Origin: a bacterium
GTDB lineage: Bacteria > CALINM01
Assembly (NCBI GenBank): GCA_041640455.1
Contig: JBEQAF010000048.1
Location: forward strand, 1,933 to 15,804
Direction: 5' to 3'
Length of the DNA: 13,872 nucleotides
Made by a program: the position numbers and the translations under genes. A model generated the notes under the pieces. The model did not search any database, was not told where the DNA came from, and saw only the letters and a list, made by a program, of their open reading frames with translations. Of the stretch, positions 1 to 9,015 are shown piece after piece; the first letter of the stretch is position 1; each line of letters opens with the position of its first letter.

Positions 1-1269
1 TATGAATGGGAAAAACATGGAACTCTATCAGCCCTTATTGATAAGGCAAATGTTTTAGCAGATGCAGATCTTGAAAGAGGTTTTATCGTAAGGAAGGTAC
101 CATCAAGTCAGGATGAGGTTATAAATTTCAAAGTTATTGATATTCTTCAGAAAAAATATGATATCAGGTTGGAACCCCTTGATAGAATCTGGATAAATAA
201 AAGAGAGTTTGCAGAAGGGATTACTATTTCAGGTGAACTTGTAACTCCTCTTAAAATTCCTTATAAAGCGGGGCTCAAACTGTCAGAAGCCATATCTTTT
301 GCCAAACTGCAGGGAGATGTAAAAAGACTTAAAGCAGAGATTGTAAGAGAAGAAATAGACAAAGACCCTGAGCTAAAAAATAAAAGGGTAATATATTTGT
401 ATAGCCTCTTTTACAAATATAAAAGTGCTATGGACATATCTTTAAAGCCCGGTGATATTATTATTATCAAGCCCATATTAGAGACCGAAAAACCATTTAC
501 GGTTAGAATTGAGGGAGAAGTCTTAAAACCAGGTGTGTATGAGCTTAAAACTGGTATGAGATTATATGACCTCATAGATCAAGCTGGCGGTTTAACAGAA
601 AGAGGATATTTAAGAAGTTTAATATTTTTAAGAGAGGGGCTTAGAAAAGCTCAGGAAGAGCAATTAAAGATAAATATAATTACTTTAGAAGAAATGCTTG
701 CAAAATCGAGCACCGCTTATTCAGGTGCAGGTGATCTTGGGGAAGAAAAAGCACTTCTTCAGATGACCATAGAAAGACAGAAGCAGGCTATTAATACCCT
801 AAAGGTCAAAGCAGAACTTATGCTGGGGAGGATTGCCCTTGACATACCTGAAAAATTCGAGGAACTAAAAAACTCACCCGAAAACATTGAGCTTGAAGAA
901 GGCGATTATATTTATATTCCTTCAAAACCTAATTTTGTAACCATAATGGGAGATGTTTTTAACCAGATAGGGATCCCTTACAGAGAAGGCAAAACATTAT
1001 CCTACTATTTAGACTTAGCTGGCGGTTTAACAAAATCTGCTGACGACTCAAGTATTTATGTTATTAAGGCAAATGGCAGGGTAGTTTCTAAACTGCAGGA
1101 TAAAGGCTGGTTTTTTTCAAGTTTCCATAACACTGTTCTTGAACCTGGAGATGCCATTATTGTCCCAACAGAGATTAAGATACCTACTCTCTGGAGACCA
1201 ATTATTAAAGACGTTGTGCAGATTATTTTTCAGTCCCTCTCAACAGCTGTACTTGCTAAAAGATTATAA
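1..1269 (+). CDS. SLBB-repeat polysaccharide export protein (Wza/KpsD-like), 5'-truncated by the window edge
   Basis: Frame 1 is open from base 1 (YEWEKHGTLSALIDKANVLADADLERGFIVRK...), so the TTG at 169 is not the start. Repeated SLBB-like motifs: VRIEGEVLKPGVYEL..MRLYDLIDQAGGLT and VTIMGDVFNQ..YREGKTLSYYLDLAGGLT. Ends in LEPGDAIIVP plus a C-terminal amphipathic helix. Followed by a Wzz-like gene. Confidence 0.85.
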   Translation, partial: YEWEKHGTLSALIDKANVLADADLERGFIVRKVPSSQDEVINFKVIDILQKKYDIRLEPLDRIWINKREFAEGITISGELVTPLKIPYKAGLKLSEAISFAKLQGDVKRLKAEIVREEIDKDPELKNKRVIYLYSLFYKYKSAMDISLKPGDIIIIKPILETEKPFTVRIEGEVLKPGVYELKTGMRLYDLIDQAGGLTERGYLRSLIFLREGLRKAQEEQLKINIITLEEMLAKSSTAYSGAGDLGEEKALLQMTIERQKQAINTLKVKAELMLGRIALDIPEKFEELKNSPENIELEEGDYIYIPSKPNFVTIMGDVFNQIGIPYREGKTLSYYLDLAGGLTKSADDSSIYVIKANGRVVSKLQDKGWFFSSFHNTVLEPGDAIIVPTEIKIPTLWRPIIKDVVQIIFQSLSTAVLAKRL

Positions 1270-1281
1270 GGGAGTTAGTTA

Positions 1282-2448
1282 ATGAATGAACAAAAACCCA
1301 GCTATTATGATAACGACGAGATAGATCTTTACGATCTGTATCTGAAGATTAAAAAAAGAAGAAAAATGATTTTGAAAATCTTTTTTATATCAACCATACT
1401 CAGTGTGGTTATCAGCCTTTTATGGCCCAAATCCTATAAATCAGAGGCAACTCTTATCCCCTTAGCATCCAGTTCCTATGGAGAGCTTTCTCAGCTTGCA
1501 GCTTTAGCAGGCATCTCAACAGGCAAGCAGGATCCAGCAAATAAAATAATGGCAGTTCTTAATTCAGACACCATTAAAGAACAGGTAATTAAAGATCTTG
1601 ATCTGGTTACAAGACTTGAGATTAAAATATCTAAGGATGAAAACCCGGTGTATGAGACTGCAAGAAAATTATCTAAAATGGTTGATGTTGTTTCCGATAA
1701 AAAGCTGGGTATCATAAAAATAGAAGTCGTAGTAAAAGACCCTGTATTAGCCAAAGAAATTGCTGAAAAGTATATCGAAAAGCTTAGAGTTATTCTCTCT
1801 GAAAAAGCCCTAACTTTAGCTAAAGCAAATAGAGTATTTTTAGAAGAAGAGCTAAATAAATTAAGAAAAAAGATTGAACAACAAAAATCACTGTTAGCAG
1901 CTTTCCAGAAAAAGGAAAAGATTATTGAGCCCACAGATCAGATAAAAGGTGCAATGGCTTTATATGCAGAGCTTGTGGGTAAAAAAATGGCTCTTGAAGT
2001 GGAGATAAGACAGCTCGAATCTATACTCTCAGCAGATAATCCTCAAATTAAAAGCAAAAAAGACCTGCTGGAGAATATTAAAAAGGAGATTGCGAAGCTC
2101 GAGACTACCAAAGAAGGTGCTGTGCTAAGTATAGCAGGAGCACCTACCGCAATAAAGGGATATTCAGACTTAATTATGGATCTGAAAACTTCAGAAGAAT
2201 TATATAAAAACCTTTACGCCCTATATGAAAAGGCAAGACTCGAAGAGCTTAAAGAAGATATATTTGTAGAAGTGATAGACTATCCGAAGATTCCTGATAT
2301 AAAATTTAAGCCCAAAAGATCTTTAATAGTTGCGATTACAGCAATTAGTTCCCTATTTATAGGGATCTTTCTGGTTTTTTTTCTTGAATTCTTAGAAAAT
2401 ATATCATCTAGCGCCCAAACCAAACAAGACAACTCTTATGGTTCGTAA
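1282..2448 (+). CDS. Polysaccharide co-polymerase / chain-length determinant (Wzz/GumC-like), no kinase domain
   Basis: N-terminal DEIDL motif, TM1 (IFFISTILSVVISLLWP) followed by KSYKSEATL, a long coiled-coil region, a proline-rich PKIPDIKFKPKR motif and TM2. SD AGGGAG upstream. Confidence 0.85.
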   Translation: MNEQKPSYYDNDEIDLYDLYLKIKKRRKMILKIFFISTILSVVISLLWPKSYKSEATLIPLASSSYGELSQLAALAGISTGKQDPANKIMAVLNSDTIKEQVIKDLDLVTRLEIKISKDENPVYETARKLSKMVDVVSDKKLGIIKIEVVVKDPVLAKEIAEKYIEKLRVILSEKALTLAKANRVFLEEELNKLRKKIEQQKSLLAAFQKKEKIIEPTDQIKGAMALYAELVGKKMALEVEIRQLESILSADNPQIKSKKDLLENIKKEIAKLETTKEGAVLSIAGAPTAIKGYSDLIMDLKTSEELYKNLYALYEKARLEELKEDIFVEVIDYPKIPDIKFKPKRSLIVAITAISSLFIGIFLVFFLEFLENISSSAQTKQDNSYGS

Positions 2449-3765
2449 AATTATATGGAAATCAAGAATGGGAGAAAGATTTTTTATATAATATAGGTCA
2501 TACTGAAGCTTTTCAAAACCATCCTCGATTTTTGCCCCATGCTTATAATTTACCTGAGCCCAGCCTGTTACACCAGGCTTTATTGAATGCCTTAATTCGA
2601 AATAGGGTATATATTTTTTAAACTCTTCCACCTCTTCAGGAATCAGTGCTCTTGGACCTATTAAACTCATATCACCTTTAAGCACATTTACAAGCTGAGG
2701 TATCTCATCGATGCGAAATTTCCTTAAATATTTTCCTAAGGAAGTTATTCTCGGATCGTTTTTTTCTCCAGCAAATTTTCTATCTTTTTCCTTCCCTGCT
2801 GTCATAGTTCTAAATTTATAAGAAGTAAACTGTTTACCATTTAAACCAACTCTTTTCTGTTTAAATATTATGGGTCCAGGAGAACTAACTTTAATAAGTA
2901 CAGGAACTATGAGCCAGAAAGGAATGGTTACTATTAATCCAGTTAAAGAAAATAATACATCAAAAAATCTTTTTAGTTTTCTGTTATAAACTGTTTTTTT
3001 AACACCCTTAATATGATTTGAAACCAGCCAGTAATCATTTATGTGTTTTATAGGGATCTTCCCCCATATCTCCTCATAATAGGATGGCATATCAATTACA
3101 TCTATGTTTCTATGTTTACACTCAAGGAGACATTTAAGAAGCTTTTCAGATTTCAGATGAGTAATTGCAAGCACTATCTCATCAATCTTTCCAATTGATC
3201 TGTCCTGACATAGTAACTCACTTCCCCCCAAAACTTTGGGAGAGTTAGACAACCCCCATTTTTTTTCATCGTCATCCAGAAATCCCATCACATTAAAATT
3301 TTCCAGATCTTTGATCGAATCATAAAAGAAATTGCCCGCCTTTCCATATCCCACTATAAGAATATTTTTTTTATTTTCAATAAATTTTTTAAAAATGTGA
3401 AAGAATGCGATTCTCCATATATAAGCAGCAATTAGAGTAATAAAGGGACCTATACCGATTATACTCCTTTGTGCCCTAACGGCTGGGATAAAAAAGGCTG
3501 TCGCAGAAAGAGAAAGAAAAGCGAGCAAACCAGCAACCAGATATTTAAACAGATAATCAGATCTCAGGGGCTTCAGATTAAAGGCATATAAATCAAAAAT
3601 ATAAAAAAAGAAGGTAAAATAAGCCATACCAGCCAAATATCTAGTATTCCATAAATCAATTAAACCAGTTCGGATATAATGGGCGATAAAAAAACTAAAC
3701 CATATGATTAGTAAGTCGCTTAAGAACAATAACAGTGCTTTTTTAGAAACAAATTTTAAATTCAT
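2404..3765 (-). CDS. Polyprenyl-phosphate glycosyl-1-phosphate transferase (priming sugar transferase, WcaJ/WbaP family)
   Basis: Four N-terminal TM segments, a CoA-binding-like NILIVGYGKAG..GFLDDD region, and a C-terminal Bac_transf domain (KRFFD, KFRTM, DPRIT, RIDEIPQLVNVLKGDMSLIGPR, KPGVTGWAQV). Confidence 0.92.
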   Translation of the reverse strand: MNLKFVSKKALLLFLSDLLIIWFSFFIAHYIRTGLIDLWNTRYLAGMAYFTFFFYIFDLYAFNLKPLRSDYLFKYLVAGLLAFLSLSATAFFIPAVRAQRSIIGIGPFITLIAAYIWRIAFFHIFKKFIENKKNILIVGYGKAGNFFYDSIKDLENFNVMGFLDDDEKKWGLSNSPKVLGGSELLCQDRSIGKIDEIVLAITHLKSEKLLKCLLECKHRNIDVIDMPSYYEEIWGKIPIKHINDYWLVSNHIKGVKKTVYNRKLKRFFDVLFSLTGLIVTIPFWLIVPVLIKVSSPGPIIFKQKRVGLNGKQFTSYKFRTMTAGKEKDRKFAGEKNDPRITSLGKYLRKFRIDEIPQLVNVLKGDMSLIGPRALIPEEVEEFKKYIPYFELRHSIKPGVTGWAQVNYKHGAKIEDGFEKLQYDLYYIKNLSPILDFHIILRTIRVVLFGLGAR

Positions 3766-3809
3766 ACTAAATTATTAGCACAAGAAAACCAAAGATTCAA
3801 TATTCTGGG

Positions 3810-4904
3810 TTACTTTATCCTATCTTTATAATTTTTCTTTATCCATTCAAGGTAATCACCTGATTTTATTGATTTTATTGATTTTATCCATTCTTGATTT
3901 TCTAAATACCAGCTTACTGTTGATTTTAATCCCTCCTCAAAAGTGACAGATTGTTTCCATTTGAGAGTTTTTTTAATTTTATCGCAGTTTATGGCGTATC
4001 TTCTGTCATGTCCAGGCCTGTCTTTAACAAAAGTTATAAGTTTTTTGTAATAGTCCTTTTTTTTACCCGTTTTTTCAGCTACTATTTCGCACAGCTTTTT
4101 TACAAGCCTGATATTCTCCCATTCATTCTCACCGCCAATATTATAGGTTTCACCAATTTTACTTTTAGTAATTATTAACCAGATGGCAGAACAATGATCC
4201 TCCACATAGAGCCAGTCTCTAACATTTTTACCGTCCCCGTAGACAGGGAGCGGCTTTTCTTCCAGCATATTAAGTATCATGAGCGGTATAAGCTTTTCTG
4301 GAAACTGATAGGGACCATAATTATTTGAACAGTTTGAAATAGTTACAGGTAGCCTGTAGGTATGAAAATAGGCTCTAACCAGATGGTCGCTTCCCGCCTT
4401 TGACGCAGAATAAGGGCTTCTCGGATCATAAGCAGTGGTCTCATAAAAATACCCCTTTTTACCTAAGGATCCATAAACCTCATCGGTGCTCACATGGTGA
4501 AAAAGTTTTCCCTCAAAATCTCCTTTTTCTATCCAGTATTTCCTTGCCAGCTCGAGCAAATTGAAGGTACCGGAGATGTTTGTTTTAATAAACTCCTCAG
4601 GTCCAAATATGGATCTATCCACATGACTCTCTGCTGCAAAATGAACAATACAGTCTGGCTCATAGCTACTAAAAATTCTATCAAGCGCCTTTTTGTCACA
4701 TATATCAGCTTTTTCAAAAAAATATCTGCCCTGATAATCTTTTTCTATCTCCTCTAAATTTTTTAAATTGGCAGAGTAAGTTAGCTTATCCACATTTAAT
4801 ATAGCACCTTTAAAGCCCGATTTATTCAACAGATATCTGATAAAATTTGAGCCTATAAACCCTGCGCCGCCCGTAATCATTATAGATTTAAAATCTCTCT
4901 TCAT
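3810..4904 (-). CDS. rmlB: dTDP-glucose 4,6-dehydratase
   Basis: TGGAGFIGSNF, HFAAESHVDRSI, HVSTDEVYG, PYSASKA, NCSNNYGPYQFPEKLIP and DRPGHDRRYA motifs. SD AGGAG. Confidence 0.97.
   Translation of the reverse strand: MKRDFKSIMITGGAGFIGSNFIRYLLNKSGFKGAILNVDKLTYSANLKNLEEIEKDYQGRYFFEKADICDKKALDRIFSSYEPDCIVHFAAESHVDRSIFGPEEFIKTNISGTFNLLELARKYWIEKGDFEGKLFHHVSTDEVYGSLGKKGYFYETTAYDPRSPYSASKAGSDHLVRAYFHTYRLPVTISNCSNNYGPYQFPEKLIPLMILNMLEEKPLPVYGDGKNVRDWLYVEDHCSAIWLIITKSKIGETYNIGGENEWENIRLVKKLCEIVAEKTGKKKDYYKKLITFVKDRPGHDRRYAINCDKIKKTLKWKQSVTFEEGLKSTVSWYLENQEWIKSIKSIKSGDYLEWIKKNYKDRIK
3861..3887. repeat. Exact 9-bp tandem repeat (TGATTTTAT)x3 encoding IKS-IKS-IKS near the RmlB C-terminus
   Basis: Read directly: tgattttat tgattttat tgattttat. 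Confidence 0.9.
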
Positions 4905-4913
4905 CTTAACTCC

Positions 4914-5774
4914 TTATTTTATTGATAGAAGAAAATTTTTTAAACTTTCATACCAAAATGGAATATGGAGATTAAAGACCCTCTTAACCTTATCTTTTGA
5001 CAGAACCGAATAGGCAGGTCTCTTAGCTTTTGTAGGATACTGCTCTGTTGTAATGGGATATATAACACATTCTTTGTCTAAAATCCCTATCTCTCTTGCA
5101 TACTCATATATCTTTTCTGCAAAATTATACCAGCTTATGGATCCTTCGTTAGTATAATGATATATACCTGAAGGTGCATCATGAGTATCTATTATTTTTT
5201 TTATAAGTCCTGCCAGATCCATACTCCATGTGGGGCTTCCAAACTGATCGTTTACAACTCTAAGCTCATCTTTCTCTCTCATCAGCCTCAACATGGCATA
5301 AACAAAGTTATTTCCGTTTTTACCATATAACCAGGCAGTTCTAATAATCACACTTTCTGGACAATGAGCTCTTAACCTCTCTTCCCCTTCAGCCTTTGAT
5401 TTACCATAAACCCCGAGTGGATTAACCGGATCATCCTCAAGATAGGGCGTATACTTTTTGCCATCAAAGACATAATCGGTTGATATATGAATGCACCTTG
5501 CGCCGATCTCTCGAGCAAGTATCCCAATATTATGAGGACCATCAGAATTAATTTTAAAACACAGCTCCTTTTCATCTTCAGCCCTGTCAACTGCTGTGTA
5601 GGCTGCACAGTTAATAATCCAGCTGATATGCCTACCGCCCACAAAATTTTGAAGCGCATCCAGATTGGAAATATCCACATCTCTATCTGACTTAATTATA
5701 GAATATCCTGCTGATTCTAAGATCTGCTCCACATCAGATCCAAGCATCCCCCTGTTTCCAATTAGCCATATCAT
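4914..5774 (-). CDS. rmlD: dTDP-4-dehydrorhamnose reductase
   Basis: GNRGMLG, INCAAYTAVDRAE, HISTDYVFDG, YGKSKAEGE, VVNDQFGSPT and AKRPAYSVL motifs. Confidence 0.96.
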   Translation of the reverse strand: MIWLIGNRGMLGSDVEQILESAGYSIIKSDRDVDISNLDALQNFVGGRHISWIINCAAYTAVDRAEDEKELCFKINSDGPHNIGILAREIGARCIHISTDYVFDGKKYTPYLEDDPVNPLGVYGKSKAEGEERLRAHCPESVIIRTAWLYGKNGNNFVYAMLRLMREKDELRVVNDQFGSPTWSMDLAGLIKKIIDTHDAPSGIYHYTNEGSISWYNFAEKIYEYAREIGILDKECVIYPITTEQYPTKAKRPAYSVLSKDKVKRVFNLHIPFWYESLKNFLLSIK

Positions 5775-5780
5775 AAAGCA

Positions 5781-6653
5781 TCACCTTAAAATTTTTAATA
5801 AATAATCACCATAGCCATTTTTTGCGTAACTCTCAGCAATTTTAACAATTCTATCTCTATCTATCCAGCCGTTATTATAGGCAATCTCCTCAAGACAGCC
5901 TATTTTTAATCCTGTCCTTTCCTCTATAATTTTTACAAAATTGCTGGCTTCAAGCAGGCTCTCATGAGTACCCGTATCAAGCCACGCATAACCTCTACCC
6001 ATTAGTTCAACAGAAAGTCTGTTTTTACTTAAATACTCCTGATTTACCGATGTGATCTCAAGCTCGCCTCGCCATGAAGGCTTAATCTTTTTAGATATAT
6101 CTACAACCTCATTATCATAGAAATATAGCCCTACCACCGCATAGTTACTTTTGGGAGACTTTGGTTTCTCTTCTATAGAGATTGCCTTTCCATTTTTGTC
6201 AAATTCAACAACTCCATACCTTTCTGGATCCTTTACCCAGTAACCGAATATGACAGCACCACCATCTCTATCAACCCTCTGGTAGCTTTTTCTAATAAGT
6301 TCCGTGAAGCCATGACCATAAAATATATTATCTCCCAGCACAAGGCAAACGCTTTCCCTGCCTATAAAATCCTCACCAATTATAAACGCCTGTGCCAGCC
6401 CTTCAGGGCGGGGCTGTACCCTGTATGTGAGGCTGATACCAAACTGACTGCCATCTCCAAAAAGCTGTTCAAACCTTGGCGTATCCTGAGGGGTTGATAT
6501 TATTAAAATATCTCTTATACCTGCAAGCATTAAAGTGGAGAGAGGATAATATATCATAGGCTTGTCATATACGGGTAATAGCTGTTTGCATACAGGCAGC
6601 GTTACTGGATAGAGCCTTGTACCTGCGCCTCCAGCAAGGATAATGCCTTTCAT
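5781..6653 (-). CDS. rmlA: Glucose-1-phosphate thymidylyltransferase
   Basis: [51 protein letters not shown] and [10 protein letters not shown] motifs. ATGA overlap with the upstream gene. Confidence 0.97.
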   Translation of the reverse strand: MKGIILAGGAGTRLYPVTLPVCKQLLPVYDKPMIYYPLSTLMLAGIRDILIISTPQDTPRFEQLFGDGSQFGISLTYRVQPRPEGLAQAFIIGEDFIGRESVCLVLGDNIFYGHGFTELIRKSYQRVDRDGGAVIFGYWVKDPERYGVVEFDKNGKAISIEEKPKSPKSNYAVVGLYFYDNEVVDISKKIKPSWRGELEITSVNQEYLSKNRLSVELMGRGYAWLDTGTHESLLEASNFVKIIEERTGLKIGCLEEIAYNNGWIDRDRIVKIAESYAKNGYGDYLLKILR

Positions 6654-7843
6654 AAATCCTCCCTGATAAGATATTGGGTTTGCTTGTCTTTACCTGAATA
6701 CATTAAATTTTTCAGTAACCTTACCTTTTCATTATAGTTTGAATTCTCCAGAATATTCAGATATCTTACATACCCCTGCTTATCTCCAGAATATAGATAG
6801 ATCAGTGCAAGAAAAAAAAATCTTTCCTCTTCAGAGTTTAGCTGCTCAGCCAGATTAATAGCATCCTCTTTTTTACCAAGAAGCAGATGTGCTCTTAATA
6901 AGCCTGTAATGACCTGATTTTTTAAACTTTTTATATCTCTCAGTTCATTGAAAATATTTATGGCGTTTATGTAATCTGCCTTTTCGAGAAGAGTATTTGC
7001 AAAAAATATCTTTTCTTTCCGTGAGTTTAAAGTTTTTCTTCTGTATAGAAAGATTACTATCAGGGCTGAAAATAACAGAGACAATAAATACAAGAGCCAT
7101 CTGATGTTATTAAAGTTATATGTTTTTATTTCTTTTACCTTTTGCTGGGGCTTAAGACTTTTTATTGCCGAATAAAGGGACATTTTATCATTACTTTTAT
7201 TTATAAATATGGCTTTTTCCAGATCCTTCTCTGCAAGCTCAATAAGTCCCCTATAAAATCTTGTCTTAGCCCTTTCATAAAGAATCCCTGCGCTATCCGG
7301 TTGAGATTTTAGAAATTCTGTTGCAAGCTCTTCTGCCTCTTTAAATTTTTTCAGTTCTGTAAGTACTTTTAGAAAAAGTATGAGATTTTTCTCTGTATTT
7401 TCAAGGGTATAAAGATTTTTTGCATGAGACTCAGCCTCCACATATCTTCCAGCCTGAAATGCCGATTCCACAATTGTTTTTAGAATACTTATATCGGAAG
7501 TAAGTCTGTAAGCTTTTTCAAGAAAAGGTATGGCTTCATTAAATCTTTTCAGATTGTAAAAACATATGCCCACAAAATAGTTGGGAGCCCATTTTTCTTT
7601 TTCACCTTTATCTTCAAGAGCAATAAATAAATAATCTAAAGCTCTTTCGTAATCTCCCTGAAGTGCCTTTGCCATTCCCATTGAAGTATATACCTCTGGA
7701 TTTTTTTGTTTGACCGATGAAAAAGATTGAAAAGCTCTCTGATAGTTTTTCTTCTCGAGAAATAAAAAACCCACTCTAAGAGGGTTTTTTACGGCAAAGA
7801 CTGTGGTTGGAAATATTAAAAAAAAAACTACCAATAACCTCAT
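6650..7843 (-). CDS. Bitopic tetratricopeptide-repeat membrane protein
   Basis: Signal peptide ([17 protein letters not shown]), several TPR-like units ([45 protein letters not shown]), an internal TM ([22 protein letters not shown]) and further TPR-like helices after it. Confidence 0.75.
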   Translation of the reverse strand: MRLLVVFFLIFPTTVFAVKNPLRVGFLFLEKKNYQRAFQSFSSVKQKNPEVYTSMGMAKALQGDYERALDYLFIALEDKGEKEKWAPNYFVGICFYNLKRFNEAIPFLEKAYRLTSDISILKTIVESAFQAGRYVEAESHAKNLYTLENTEKNLILFLKVLTELKKFKEAEELATEFLKSQPDSAGILYERAKTRFYRGLIELAEKDLEKAIFINKSNDKMSLYSAIKSLKPQQKVKEIKTYNFNNIRWLLYLLSLLFSALIVIFLYRRKTLNSRKEKIFFANTLLEKADYINAINIFNELRDIKSLKNQVITGLLRAHLLLGKKEDAINLAEQLNSEEERFFFLALIYLYSGDKQGYVRYLNILENSNYNEKVRLLKNLMYSGKDKQTQYLIREDL

Positions 7844-8730
7844 TACTTCCCTTCCGGGAATATTAGCATAAAAAGGTTCTTGGCAAACTCAGGATTAATA
7901 TCTTTAAGCACCCTGTATTCTTCTATGGCGCTATTTTTGTTACCCTGCAACATGTAAATCTTTCCCAGTTTAAAATGCACGTCTGCGTTTCTTGGTGTAT
8001 AGATGGAGGCTAAACGAAGCTCTTCAATGGCGTTCTCATAATCCTTTGCTTCGGTAAGTATATCTGCCATTAAAAGATTTGCATGATAAAAAGATGGATC
8101 TGTATTCAGAATGCCTTTAAGTTCCTCCTGAGCCTTGCTCTGGTCACCCTTTTCAAGATATATTTTAGCAAGCTGGTATCTTAGCTCAAGATTGTTGGGC
8201 ATTAGCTCTCTTGCCTGAGCTAATTCTCTCAGCGCCAGATCAAGATTCCCTTTTTTTCTGAAGATAATACCAAGCTTAACATGGGCGGGAGCAAAATCAG
8301 GCTTTAGCTTTATCACATTATTGAGCTCTTCCACAGCCTTATTCTGCACCCCAAACTCAAAGTAACTTAAAGCAAGCTTATATCTTAGCTCATAATCATT
8401 GGGACTTTTTTTAATCATGGGCACCAAAATTTTAATAGCCTCAGCATAGTTACCCTTACTCATCTCTGCATCTACTGAAGAGACAAGATAGTTAAACTGG
8501 GGTTTGTGGGAATCACTCTTAATCTCAATCTTTTCAACGACAGGCTTTTTTACCTCCTTGTGAGTCTCCTTCTTTTTGACAGTAACCGGTGTGGTATCGC
8601 TTTTTACAGATTTTTTATATTCTTTTACCGCTTTTTCAGTGAGCTGAGCATCAGGACTTGCATCAGCCATTAAAAAAGAAGGAATAAAGCATATTATTAC
8701 GAACAAAATCAGACAAGGCTTTTTTATCAT
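7843..8730 (-). CDS. Exported tetratricopeptide-repeat protein (295 aa; start revised to ATG at 8730)
   Basis: The ATG at 8730 follows SD AGGAGG and opens a signal peptide (MIKKPCLILFVIICFIPSFLMADA). A Lys/Glu-rich linker precedes about six TPRs (e.g. PDFAPAHVKLGIIFRKKGNLDLALRELAQA). The stop overlaps the next start (TAATG). Confidence 0.8.
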   Translation of the reverse strand: MIKKPCLILFVIICFIPSFLMADASPDAQLTEKAVKEYKKSVKSDTTPVTVKKKETHKEVKKPVVEKIEIKSDSHKPQFNYLVSSVDAEMSKGNYAEAIKILVPMIKKSPNDYELRYKLALSYFEFGVQNKAVEELNNVIKLKPDFAPAHVKLGIIFRKKGNLDLALRELAQARELMPNNLELRYQLAKIYLEKGDQSKAQEELKGILNTDPSFYHANLLMADILTEAKDYENAIEELRLASIYTPRNADVHFKLGKIYMLQGNKNSAIEEYRVLKDINPEFAKNLFMLIFPEGK

Positions 8731-8756
8731 AAAATCCCTCCTTCTAAACTTAAGTA

Positions 8757-8784
8757 AATATAACATAAAAACCCAATATGTCAA
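8757..8784 (-). promoter_or_regulatory. Putative sigma70 promoter for the TPR-TPR-rml operon
   Basis: On the minus strand, TTGACA (8784-8779) - 16 nt - TATATT (8762-8757), with a TGn extended -10. Confidence 0.6.
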
Positions 8785-8830
8785 ACTTTTTTCTTGCTTT
8801 GTAACCAGATAGGTATAGACATTTTTTTCT

Positions 8831-8858
8831 TTGAAAAGATATACAAAATTTATAGAAT
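8831..8858 (+). promoter_or_regulatory. Putative sigma70 promoter for the leader-yedE-yedF transcript
   Basis: TTGAAA (8831-8836) - 16 nt - TAGAAT (8853-8858). The predicted start near 8865 would include the uORF SD. Confidence 0.5.
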
Positions 8859-8895
8859 ATGCTTAAAAGTTCTGGAAAAAGGGGGTGATGTTGTT

Positions 8896-9015
8896 ATGGA
8901 TGAGCTAATATATCTTAAATGAGCAAAACCGTGTGTTTTGCAGGTACTGCAATTTAAATCAGAATTTGTTGGTTCATCTATCATTGACAATATCACCCAC
9001 TGTCTAAGAAGCTAA
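8896..9015 (+). CDS. Putative UGA(Sec)-containing leader peptide MDELIYLK-U-AKPCVLQVLQFKSEFVGSSIIDNITHCLRS (39 aa with readthrough, 8 aa without)
   Basis: SD-like AAGGGGGTG ends 8 nt before ATG 8896. In-frame TGA at 8920-8922, frame open to TAA 9013-9015, SECIS-like hairpin downstream of the TGA. Sits upstream of a selenium-associated yedE. Confidence 0.6.
8938..8952 (+). promoter_or_regulatory. Bacterial SECIS-like hairpin
   Basis: TTGCAG-GTA-CTGCAA has a 6-bp stem and a G-led apical loop about 21 nt after the UGA. It resembles the E. coli fdhF SECIS upper stem as I recall it (UUGCAGGUCUGCA). Confidence 0.6.

Noticed and set aside
169..171. TTG start given for the first ORF
   Set aside because: The frame is open back to base 1 with export-protein-like sequence, so the real start is outside the window.
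1491..6497. Shadow ORFs 1491-1934, 3951-4178, 4494-4757, 4529-4717, 5372-5680, 5487-5690 and 6312-6497
   Set aside because: Antisense or off-frame within well-conserved genes, with no family motifs.
8731..8784. 18-aa N-terminal extension of TPR1 from TTG 8784
   Set aside because: That TTG is part of a TTGACA -35 box. ATG 8730 has an AGGAGG SD and begins a signal peptide.
8885..8908. Alternative micro-ORF (GTG)ATG TTG TTA TGG ATG AGC TAA
   Set aside because: Its start overlaps or abuts the SD, so the spacing is poor. ATG 8896 is correctly spaced and in frame with the UGA-SECIS.
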